Notes under the pieces: generated by a model
Seen by the model: the letters and a program-made list of their open reading frames with translations, nothing else
Told to the model about the DNA's origin: nothing
The model's database searches: none
In this document: positions 24,539 through 37,284 of the stretch, piece after piece
Layout of the letters: every line of letters begins with the position of its first letter
How positions within the stretch are numbered: the first letter of the stretch is position 1
Program-made: the position numbers and the translations under genes
Source: Trichoplax adhaerens
Lineage: Eukaryota > Animalia > Placozoa
DNA: 64,000 nt
Direction: 5' to 3'
Assembly: GCF_000150275.1 (NCBI RefSeq)
Contig: NW_002060945.1
Coordinates: 3,867,172 to 3,931,171, forward strand

Positions 24539-27500
24539 CTAAATTATAAATACAAAAACATTTGATAAAGATTTATAAAGGCACTGTAGTAACTGACTAG
24601 TTTATATTTATTTGATAAATATGCCAGAGCTATTAGATTGTTAATATCATTAGATTAAAGCATTTTTCACATGTAGGTTGATTTTTAATTTCATATTTTA
24701 ATTATATGCGGAGTGATAAACAATTTGTCACCTGTGGTGTGGCAAGAACAAACGTTGTTATCAGACATAATGACTTCTCAAAAACCTTTACATTTATTGA
24801 AGGCACTGTAATATCCTATATTACTAACATGACGGTAACAGCATTGATTTAAATTAAGCCATCGCCTTTTATGATAATAAATTGCGTACCATGATCTCTA
24901 GAGCAACGGTAAGTTGCATCATTGTTATCATTTTAGATAGTTTAGAGATATATGTGCGTATCCGCGGTAAATGTCAACTCGAATGTTCTAAATTCTATTT
25001 TAGAAATAAAATATTTTGCTGATACCGATACTGCAAACGTGGTCTAAATTTCAGATAGCGCCCGTTCGATGTGATATTTTAGCAGTATGAATAATCATAT
25101 TATTACCTTAGGAGAAGACTAACTTTTGAGTTCTTAAAAAGAGGTTAATGAGTTAATAAGTGTTTCAGTGATATTTTTTCATAATGATTTCATTAATAAA
25201 TTAGCTTTATTCTATTTATTCAATAATTTGGATACGGGTAATAAAATTTTTTGGCTATCATCTATTATGATAAGGACACTAGGAGTCGCCGTAATCACAC
25301 ATTGTAATCTGTAGAATACTTGTATTGCTTGATATCACTGGATTAATAAATTTACTAACAGTAAAATCATAATTGGTTAAAGAACTTCTAATAGAAGAAC
25401 TCATCAAATTCGATACAATGCTGGTAGCATAAATCCCGATATGTTATTAATTGACTGTGAGAAATAAATATTCGAAATCATACTGTCAACAAACTGAGTT
25501 ACGAATTTAAGGAAGCACTATGTCAATTCTAATGTATTGCGCTGGTTAATTTGATCACGATTGTCATTTTTAGAGGACATTTCAGCGTTGAATTTGTATA
25601 AACATAAAGACTAGAGCCTTTCGCTTTTGATGTAGTTACTTAATCGATTCGCTACATAATCTTGCTTACTAGCAAACTACCTGAATTGTTGTCGTAGCTG
25701 ATAGTAGGCTTTTCTATCATTCATTCGAAGCGATTTGATTAATTCGAGGAAATTTGGCGTTGAAGTTGAAATCATCCTTGTTGAGCGTTGACTTGACAGT
25801 TCTTGTTTTAAATTAAAGGCGTGTACTATATTCTCGTACTATTATTACTCTGTGAGTTAAAATTGAAGAGAAACCAAGTAATATTCTTGAAATAATCTTG
25901 CTTGGCAGTCAAGTTAGGGAATAGTTAAATGATTTGATGGGCGCAAATATCTTCTTGATTTAACAGAAAAAAAAGCAATGACGAGTTAAATGAAATCCAA
26001 AGTAATTGATAGGCTGATATAGTAATTATAATTATCGGTGGGCCATCAATTATTATCCTTGGTATCTAGTTATGCGAGCATAATTACTTCTGGTAGACTC
26101 AATTACGCCAATATGAATCATCAACCGTTTGTTATTTATTATTAACTGGTTAACAAAGGAGTATTCTGTCTATTTTAAAGATTACTAGACAACATACATA
26201 TGCATATAGAAAAGCATAATACGTTGTTAGTAAAGCGAGTATCATCACGTGTCTAATTGAAGGCATTCATCGTCCACCCATACGAGAATAGGCTAAAATA
26301 ATATTGTTATCACAACAGGCTATTAGCCGTTCTAAGTGCTTAGGGGGTATTTCATTAAATCTCCGTTATAAGAGTATATTTACTTCGATGAGTTAGAAAG
26401 AGATATACTTATGACTACACTTTGGTGAACAGTAGTCTATGGTAATAATTATATCATTAAATTTGTTTACGTATTAGTTGCTATAATGGAGTGATGATCA
26501 TTGACCAGAGCGTAATGATTACCATAGTTTTAAATTTAGTCTAGTTGTAATTTTTTTAAACTTCGAAATGTGCGTTCTATGTTTCTACTTGGGTTTTGTA
26601 TTACGGCTATTAGCCTATTACACCTATTGAGATTTCTTGTTTATGTATTGTGTGATTTACGTCATATTTTGCACAGCAACGAAGAGGAAGAAAGTCTAAA
26701 CTAAAATTTTTTTAAATAATTAATATCGCATCGAATCTATAATAAACTCCGGCATAATTAATCAAGAAACTCATCATAATGATATACATAAACGAGATTC
26801 ATGGAACTCGTAAAATATTTTTATCATTTCCTCATCTTATACCTACAACATTGGTGATTCCATTGCCTTAGCATTGCGAGAACGATAGATCTTGTGTTGG
26901 ATATTAACTGGAGTACAGTCCAACTTATTAACTGAAGTTGAAAGTTGGGTTGTTCGCTTTGTTACAACACTTTTGAGCTAATAAATTAATGCAATGGTGA
27001 AAGTACTGTAATCTGTAGGATTACTTCAAAGACATAGTCTACAGAGGTGACTTTTTTTCTATTTACGATATAATATATCATTGCTTTTATTTCTAAACTA
27101 CAGATACTGCTTTACTTAACTGTAGATAAAATCGAAGGTAAAAATCTATGCTGGCATCATTCGTAGAGTAGTACCTTCTTGATATTGTTTCGTCCAAAAA
27201 TTGACTCTAAATCAGCACTGGCTGTAATTGTAATTGCAGCCACTGCAGTTTAACTATCCCGTCGCCTTCATCTAGTGTACAGACATGAGTCATAAATATT
27301 ATAGAAAACCCCTATCGATAAGTCCCAGGGAATCTCTGCAATTGCTTTATGGCTTATCAGTTCTATAAATAGTTCATTAAATTAAGATAGATGCTTTACA
27401 GGAGGCGTTCGTTAGTCTTTCAGAACTTAATATTGGAGTAATGGCAGCAGTTTGTTTGATGTAGTACTTGGGCTGGCCACTTCATTATTTTTTTCCTAGC

Positions 27501-27607
27501 ATGATTCTAGTATGGAAAGAAGATTTCATACTTTGGTCTAGCCTTCATCAAAAGCGGAATGATTGAATCATTGTGGTCAATGGTCCTATCTTGTCCAACC
27601 TAGATTT

Positions 27608-27649
27608 AATCATGGACTACTAGAAAAATGCTTCTAGTAGTCCATGATT
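27608..27649. repeat. Perfect hairpin with 18-bp arms and a 6-nt loop
   Basis: aatcatggactactagaa-aaatgc-ttctagtagtccatgatt. Confidence 0.95.
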
Positions 27650-28287
27650 TACTATACGTATAAATACAGTAATACTGCATAGAGTACTGTACAGTGTAAC
27701 TAACTAATCTGATTTGATAAACAAACAAAAATACTTGTTAATTTAAATAAGAAATGGAAAAGATTTAATACCAAAATAGATACTGATTGATTTGGATTTG
27801 AAAGTTTAATTTAAGTCATAAGAGTTATTGCTAACTGAACTATTTTTTACGAGCCATTAAACGTCGCTACTGTAAGGCATGGAGTACAACAGAAATAGTA
27901 GTGTACGTCGATTCCATGTAGATTTCCATGCGTTCTCTGATATTAATAATTCACTTTCCAGCAGTAAGAATATTACTAGAACGATTCAGTGCTCATGGTA
28001 TGTATTTGAAGACTGTTAATGTGATTTTTGTGTCATACAGTATACATAATTATATTTGCCTATCCCGTAGAAGTGGGATTACTATTAATTAGTGAACCTA
28101 GAAGTGATCAATACGGCTAATTAAACTTGTACGATAGTCCCTTATCCCTTATGCCATAGACTTCTGAAAGATGCGTAGACTACTACTAGAAGTAAGTTTA
28201 GTAGTCCATGTCTATGCGCTTTCTTCTGAAAGAGTCTAGAAGGAGTTTGGCTGCCATGTGCTTTCGTACACTGCAGGCAGACTTTTA

Positions 28288-28415
28288 GATACAGTACTAC
28301 GCAGGTCCATATTTTTAGTACAGTACAGTACAGTACGTACTGTACTCCACAGTGTTAATACTGTAGCATACACCGTGCATTGTACTGTACTTTACGGTAC
28401 AGTACAGTACTGTAA
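28288..28415. promoter_or_regulatory. CAGTA/TACTG array in the putative ELP1 promoter
   Basis: agtacagtacagtacagtacgtactgtact...gtacagtacagtactgta, ending about 185 bp upstream of ATG 28599. Confidence 0.5.
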
Positions 28416-28598
28416 TGTCCTGTATTGTGGCCTGGCTAATAAGGCTACAAAAAGGACCTCGCAGTTGCTGGCTTTAATTGAAGGATAGATTATCCAGTCA
28501 TTAAAGTTCTTCAATTTCGTTCTAGTTAATTGCAGCTATTGGAAGATAGTGGGTTTGGTTTGTCCTGGTATTGTAAGTGATCTGATCCTGCTGCTATT

Positions 28599-31500
28599 AT
28601 GAGAAATTTAAGGCTTATCAACGCAACAACTATTAGCTCGTTATGCTGCCTTGTTCGATGCATCGCTGTTAACAATCTGCAACGAGAAGTGTATCTTCTA
28701 ACTTGCAATAAGATTATCATCTTGAGCCTGGATAATAATAATGTATGTTTTTGGCCCTTGGAAAGTTGTATATGTGTGTATATATACGCGAGATGGGAGA
28801 GGCATTTAGTTATCGTTAGTTCTATTAGGGAAACTGACTATTAGCTAGCTAGTTCGAATTATATTGTCTATGGTATTAGTACTGTATGCGAGCTAGCTTT
28901 TTAAATGTCAATTAGGTTGTTGCATACATGATAGAACGTTTACTGTTACAATTTTGTTGTCAGAAATTGCATTTACTTGATATAACTTGTAAAAATGTTA
29001 TTATATTACTGGTGCGTGCATGATGATTGATTAAATGTGCGATGAATTATGTTACGATACGTATTGGCTTAATAATGTGGAGTAATAGATTGATCCCAGC
29101 TACATTGCTTAACTAGTGCTAGCACAAACTTTGGGTGTACTAACAGCTAATTACTTTAATCTTAGATGCCACTAGATTGATCGATGTGAATAGGATTCTT
29201 TTTTTACAATAATAATACTGCTATAATAATAAGGATTTGCTACTCTAATTGAAAGGTCATCGACAGTGTAGAAATTGATCCTATCGAGGATCAGAATAGG
29301 TTCCCTGTAAATGCTGAATATTTACTTGAAAGCGAATCTTTGTGTATTGCCATGAAAGATGGGGACGTTTTATTATATCATTGCAATAGCCAGCAAATTG
29401 AATGTGTCGGGTCTGTTGAATCTGGTATAAATTGCATGGCATGGTCACCAGATCAGGAATTAGTGCTTCTCTCGACAGGTAATATAGCTTGCTCAGCGAG
29501 CGATCAGTAGATTTTTCAGAGCTAACGGCTATACCTTGTCAACTTTGAGACTAAGTTGTCAATGTTAGTTAACAAATTATTATATCGATTATACATAATT
29601 AGATTAAAGCTTATCGCACATGTCTGCTCGCTAATCTAAATTTTTCTTAATTTAATATCACATCATCAACAGCTGAAAGTAAGATTATTATGATGACTAA
29701 AGATTTTGATGTTATTACTGAAATTTCATCTCAAACGGAAGATTTTGGTGAAAGTAAGTCATGTAGTGGAGATGAAAAAGTATGGTTTTGTAACAATAAT
29801 GTTGTGCTGTCGCAATTTTATGCTATTTGTACTCAAATACAGAAAATTGCAGCCTAAAGTAGATTTCACCTGGTGAATTTACTGCTCACTACCAGGTTAT
29901 TTACGTACAAGGAAACAGTGCGATAGTCCAGTATTGAAACTAGTTGTTATATTTTTTACTTTATGGGTACTTTGTGGTAGGGTCTTAATTCAAAGTAGAT
30001 AGAATAATTCGTATAATCTGCTGGAAATATCAAATAGTTACCGTGCGACTGCGACTGTTAATATTTCGCATTTGATTTCTTGTAATATTGTTGCAAGGGT
30101 TGCATATACGCGTAATTTTTCTATTGTGAAATTACGAAGGATTAATGGTTATGCTAGATACTTAAATCAGTATTATTACCCTAACTTTTAGATAAACCAA
30201 TAAATGTCGGATGGGGTAAAAAAGAAACTCAATTTCATGGCTCTGCCGGCAAACCTAAAGTTGGTGACGGTATGGAAAAGGTATCATAATGACATTTGCT
30301 CGTACTCGTATTTTTTGCAAGTTACTACTGAGGACGTATACTTTATTTTGTATGTATGTAATGGAATTGTTCTATATCTAGGCTCCTGTACCTGTAGCAG
30401 ATTGGGATGATGGCCTATCTAAGTTAAGCTGGCGAGGTGATGGACAGTATTTTGTTTGCAATGTTGTAAATCAAACAACAGGTAAATCTCGTTCCTATAT
30501 TTGCTGATACTGCTTCACCCTTTACAACATTATCGTGAAATAGTTATTAACTAACTATACGTAGGTGCCCGGCAGCTGAGATTTTGGAGTCGTGAGGGTA
30601 TTTTACAATCTACTAGTGAGAATAGTGACGGTCTAGAGGGACCACTACATTGGAGGTAAGATCATTGTCTTACTTTGTATGCTGGTATATTTAAATTTTA
30701 TATTGGGTAGACTTTGATTTGAATTATAACTTGTAATCACAGGCCATCTGGTAATCTAATTGCTACTGCACAACGTAAACCACAATACTACAACGTGCTA
30801 TTCTTTGAAAGAAATGGTTTACGCAGAAGTGAATTTACGCTACCTTTTAGTGATTCTGAAACTAGGGTAACAATACTGTTACGACTATATTTTGTGTCTT
30901 TACGTACAGATCATATATTATTATTATGTTTAATACATAGGTTATCGACTTAGTTTGGAATCTCGATTCAAAACTGTTAGCTGTTCGGCTAGAAACAACT
31001 ACTTTTCATAACGATGTTGATGGATCGGATATTCGATCTTACGGTATGGTTTATTCTAATCACTTCAGCTGCAAATTAAAGACATAACACTAGCAATGAA
31101 TTGAATGTTATTAACCTAATGCATGAGATGTATTTATCATTTTCAGTGCAATTATGGTTTTGCAATAATTCTCATTGGTACTGCAAACAGGAAATATCAT
31201 TTACAACTGCCGATCGTATAGCGTGTATACAATGGGATACTGATGTATCTTACCGTCTGCATATTGCAACTTTTGGTAAGGAAAAAGTAAAAGTTATAAT
31301 ATGAAGGAATCAAGAGTAAAACTAATTCATTTGTGGAATGTACATACACATAGGGGGAAAGTATTTGCAGTACAATTGGTATTGGGATGTTGATTATAGC
31401 CAAGCACATGTAGCTGGCAACCTTTCATCTGTCGCTGTAATTGATGGAGGTCAGATATTATAGCGTAGAATTTTAGTAAACGTCGTATAATATGATAGTA

Positions 31501-34500
31501 AACCCAATGATATTTAACTTAAGTAATTGAGTAATCAGATCGACTCTGCTGTTTATTTAGATCGTTTACTGGTAACTCCATTCTCTATAATGGTTATGCC
31601 TCCGCCGATGTCGGCATACTACATAAAAGCAGAGAGCTCTATTAATCAAGTTTGTTTTGGTCCATCTGGCATTAGTAATGACTTTGCTATTGTGTTAGCT
31701 AACATGAACATTGCAATTTATACCTACTGTGATGGCCCTGATACTTTAACAAATGAAAAATCGATTAAATTGAGTGGTACAGGTGGTGTAGGATTTAAAA
31801 CTTCATTAAAATTACCTAGACTTCAAGGAACCTTTAAGTGAGTAACATTCACTGCATAATAAAAACATAGCAGCCATTCTAAGGAAAATGTTATATATAC
31901 TCTTTTGTTTTAGATTATTTCTTAAAGACAGTAAACCAATCAATAATTTATATCAGTTGCAACATTTATCATGGCTTACTTCTAATAAGTTTCTTGCCAT
32001 CATGTGGGATGACTGTAACATGAAGAATTATTTACTTTATCTTCATTTAATAGAAGACGAAGAGAAGAGAATTATTGTTAGGTATAGAGTTCACTCACAC
32101 TGTTCAGCATAATGGTTTAAAGTAGTGTATCACTACCAGATAGCTGTAAGGAATGCAGCACCTTATGTTAACCCCAGTTTATCATTTCTCAACTAGGGAT
32201 ACGTTAGAACTGCCCAAGATGGTGCTACGATTAGTTACCAATCATGATACTCTGTCTACAATTATACAATATGTAGATGGCAGCGTCTGGCGATATTGTC
32301 ACGGTAACATAATAGGTTTTTGTAAATATTTTCATAATATTTTAAGGCTTGTACAGTATTGCTTAGACTAGATAATCACTTCATCTAGACGATCATATGA
32401 AGTTGATTCCTTGGCTATTGCCGAATGGAATGTCTCTTCAGCTACCACAACCATGCCAATACATTGCTACAGCTGTAATGAATGATTCGGTTCGGTTTTA
32501 GTTGTAGTTTGATTTGTATATTACATGAAACCTTGCATTAATTGTTATGGGTATAACTATATCTCGCCACAGGAGGTTGTGATCGGTAGCAATGAAAGAT
32601 TTAGAATATATATTAATGATAAAGAGGTATTTTGCACCTTTGCTACTATACTTTATATACACCGGTTTAGATAAATATGATTGGTCTAATGAGAATCGTT
32701 TATTGATTTTGTTGACAGATTGCTAACAACTGCACATCTTTTTGTGTGCATGATTCGTTTCTAATATTTTCGACTCATTCGCATACATGCCGATTTGTAA
32801 GTTTGTTATCAGATTGGGAAAGTGAGTAATCGTCGTTTTATTTTCTTGCCACTTACACACATGTAATCGTCGCTGCTAATTTTATTATAAGATATTAGGT
32901 CATATCCAACTAATGAGTCAGCGCCATTTGATGAGAATGTTCGTCGTATGGAAAGGGGATCTAAAATTGTTTTGGCTGTTTCTGATAGTACAAAACTTGT
33001 ATTTCAGGTATTTATTTCATCTGCTTTTATCTCAGTACTATTTTCAGTTAATTGTTTATACCAATTTCATAGATGCCTCGGGGTAATTTAGAAGCCATCC
33101 ATCCGCGCGCATTGCTGTTGCATTCCGTCCGACGATTACTGGATAAGTAAGCAGGAACTTCCGTACGCATAAAGTTTAGTGTAAACAGATTGATTCTTAT
33201 ATATCTTCTATCACTTGACGATTATAAATGGAGGCTAAACTTTGGAGAGGCGTTCTTATTAATGCGCAAACATAGAATCAATTCAAATCTTCTATATGAT
33301 CACAATCCGAAGGTTAGCTAAGAGATAGTTCGATAGCATAAGTTTTAAAAAACAACGGCTTTAAAATAGTACGGGATAAAAAATGACCAAGATTTAACAC
33401 TTCTCTGTACATTCACTAGGGTTTTATGGAAAACATCGATATCTTCATTAGGCAAATAGACGATGTCAACTTCATTAATCTCTTTCTATCGGATTTAAGG
33501 TGGATATACACAATCACTGTTTCAGAATGACATTCTTTGCCAGCATAGGGGTAAATTTCGTTTGTAAAATATACAATAAATCTTAATTTTATAAACTATA
33601 AAAATTATAGAGAAGAAGATGTCACAATTACCATGTACACAGCTGAACAATCAAGGCCATCTTCAAGGTTGGTTTTTTGCAGTGCTAAAGGATGAAATCG
33701 ATTAAATTTGATTAAGTTTTATTCTTTACTTTTAATCCAACACTGAAGCATTCCGCTTACTGGAAGTAAAATCGATAAAATTTGCGACGCCGTTCGTGAA
33801 TCGCTTACTTTAATAAATTTTAATAAGTAAGCGACCAAAATAAAATTTAACATGAATTGTATTAAGTTATTAAAAGTTACTTTGTTGTAATAAATATAAA
33901 TTTACTTTGAAGATATATCCTCTCAGTCATCACGTCGTATGTGAAAAAAACCACAGCAGAATTAGATAAAGCCTTACAACTTATAAAATCGTTAGCAGGT
34001 TACTAATGATTTTAATCATTACCTTAATGTGAACATAAAATTTCATCATATTTATTAATTTTTCTTAGATAAAACAGCAGTCTCAGAAGGAGGTGTTAGC
34101 TACCTGGAAGCATTGAAGTACTTACTAGTTTTAGTTGATGTTAACGAACTGTACAATGTTGCTTTAGGAATGTATGACTTCGATATCGTCTTAATGGTAG
34201 CCGAAAGATCGCAGAAGGTTAATACTCATAGGAATGATTACTATAAATATTCTTACGTATATAAATACTCATGGTCTGATTTTAATAAGTAGGATCCTAA
34301 AGAGTATCTGCCATTTCTGAATTCCCTTAAAAAGATGGAATCTAATTACTCAAAATACAGTATTGATAAATTCTTAAAAAAATATGATAGAGCTATTGTT
34401 CATCTCAGTCGATGTGGTAGCGAGTACTTCGATGAACTGTTGCAATTGATTGAGAAGCAGAAATTATATCGGCAAGCCCTTTCTTTATATCCGGTTGATT

Positions 34501-36469
34501 CAGATCGATTCAAAGTGAGAATTTAGTGTGACCTCGTTGTTATCCGATTCAAGTTTGCTTATAAGTTTCTTTTTATAATTATCCACATGTTCATTTTTTA
34601 GTCAATTTGTAAGAAATACGGCTTATACCTAAAGAATATAGATAATCATTTGGAAGCTGCACTTAGTAAGAAACCATGACATGAATTCTTTTAGTTATAT
34701 TTATAATTATGATTTTTATGAAATTGTTATATTTGTAACACCATAATTTGTGATTGTAGTGTTTGCGAAGGGTAATGAATATGAATTAGCCAGGATATCA
34801 TTTATAAAGTGTCGTAATTGGCAGCAAGCGTTCTGTATGGCATCAAAGCTACGATTTAGCATAGCTGAAACATCAAAAATGGCGAATAAAATTGCTAGTA
34901 AGATTTTCTTGCTAGTGTAATTTCCTAATTGTAAAGTATTGAAAGTTTGAATTATAAAACTGTTTAGGCGACTTGTGCGATGCACGAAATCATCCCTGGC
35001 AGCTGCTACAGTACTCTTAGACTATGCTAACGTAAGTGTGTGCAGTCAGCAGTCTCTAGAGCAGTAAAGTTTAGATATGACTGAACTCTTACATAAGTAA
35101 TTAAAATTTTGGTAGGAAACCGAACAAGCGATCGTAACATTGATTAATGGTTGCTTATGGAATGAAGCATTGAGATTAGTAAGAGAAGTGAACCTGGAGA
35201 GTTTATTGACACTTCAGATTGCTATCGTAGATTGTATTTTATAACGTTAAATTAATTTTATTTTTGCAGATGCATCGTCACGATAGGACTGATATGATAG
35301 AGAGTCATTTTTTGAGTGCTTTAATAGATAGTAAGATCAGATGTTATTCAGCAGAGCTATTAAATACTGTAGTTTTATAGCTTTTGTGATTGCTTATGCA
35401 ATTATGACTCAATGACTATTTATTATAGGCTATCAGGCACAAAGCGCATATTTGAAAAATAGCATTACTCAGTTCAGGAGACATAATGATAGATTGATAA
35501 AAGTAAGAGAAGAAAAGAGGGAAAAAATGCAAGAGGTTGCAGGTAAGAATACTGTTGGCCTTATTAATTAGTATAAAATAACTTTGGAATTTTTAATTTT
35601 ACTTAGATGGCGGCGATGATGGGGATTTGTATTCAGAGACTACAAGTATTACTGGTCGATCTACAAGATCAAGTATTTATAGTAGGACTACAGGGTAAGC
35701 ATATTTCCTAAAATTACTCAACTAATTATTGTTATCAGAAGTATCAATTTAATTTAATTTAATGCAGCCGTACTTCGAAAAGTCGAAGAAAAGTTGAAAG
35801 AAAGAGATATAGCTTACGTGAAGGAAGTCCGTACGAAGATATTGCTTTAATGGAGGCTCTAAGTCAAATGATTAGGACGTTGTCTACAACTAAAGGTTAC
35901 TAATTAGTTTGCTATAGTTATACTGTAAACATTCAATCCAATTAAAATTCGATTTTATGCCAATGATTTTTCTAAATGCAAAGACGATATTCGTTCCCTG
36001 ATGGAAATATTAATCATTTTCAATCACGATTCGGAGGCAGCTGTGCTGCAAGATATTCTTGAAGAATATATGACCACTGTTAAAACTTCACTCAAAAATA
36101 TATGGCCGTCTGATGGAGTTTATCACCATGTAAGATTAATGTTACTCTACTATGTAATCATCAAATAAAACTTCTCTAATTATCGATCTAATATTGATAC
36201 ATTCAATAGCAATTTGGACCTGATTATAACACCAGTGATATTGCTGATGCTACGTTAAATAAAACCAAACCTGCAATGGCTTTGGCAGTGGACAATGATA
36301 TAGACTATCCAAGTACGTGGATTTCCTATCTAAGAATTATTTAGCAACGTTAGTTATAGACGGCAGTATTTCTTAATTCTAATTCAACATGTGTGCAATT
36401 GTAGCTCAACCCGATATAGCGAAAACCATATTGTTTGAGAGCAAATGGAAATTGGAACTGTTTAAATAA
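28599..36469 (+). CDS. ELP1: Elongator complex protein 1 (IKBKAP), more than 30 exons
   Basis: MRNLRL start; [21 protein letters not shown]; [14 protein letters not shown]; SWRGDGQYF; RPSGNLIA; FFERNGL; MPPPMS; RRMERGS; [13 protein letters not shown]; [28 protein letters not shown]; [21 protein letters not shown]; ends WKLELFK*. Confidence 0.95.
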
Positions 36470-37284
36470 GATTCGCCGAGATTTGATAAAGCCATTTCAA
36501 TTTAAACTAGGGCATCACGATTATTTCGTAAATTTTTAAAAATATTAATGTGAGCTTATATAAAATTTCTCATAAGACCTGAATTTAACGAATATTTCAT
36601 AATAAGGCTGTTTATATCTTATGCAAGCCGAGGTAACAATTTGCGTAATAAAAGTACTGATAGCTCTGGAATAGACTGCTTTTTATTACACCATCTATTA
36701 ATTTACATACTTTTAATTGACGGCAGTTTATTATTTAAATTGCTTTATAGTATGTTAAGTATAAACTTCTACGACATTACTATAAAATATCAGTTCAATA
36801 ACACAGATTTAGTAATGGGAAGGAATGATGTACAAAACCATAAAGTCACCTACATCAGATTTGATGTCGGTGATTGTTAGTGTTAACTTTGCAGATACTT
36901 ATTTGGATTAGGAGCTTCGTGCAATGTGCCAAGGATATCAAGGTGTGATTAATAAATTTAATGCAATTCTTGAAATATAAGGACGCAGTGGCATTTCATC
37001 GAACAGCTAAGAAATTATTGGCTTTGTACAAATAATCATAAGATATACTTACAAGAAATTGTAAACAGGTTGATAAATATCAAATCGTTCTTTTCAGTAT
37101 TACCTACTGCATGTGAATATTATTACATCAGAATACTCGTAGATTGATGTATTAATAACGGTTATTTACTACGAAATAGATGTAATGCAGTAGACCTAAT
37201 AGTGAGCGAAAGATTTTAGCTTTACGAAGAGGTTCATCGAAAAATATAGGTGCAGCGTAATTTTTAACTGTAAATATCTTGGAA

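Noticed and set aside
33147-33233. Possible U12-type intron in ELP1 (tcacttgac branch-like sequence)
   Set aside because: The donor is gtaagc, not the U12 consensus RTATCCTT.
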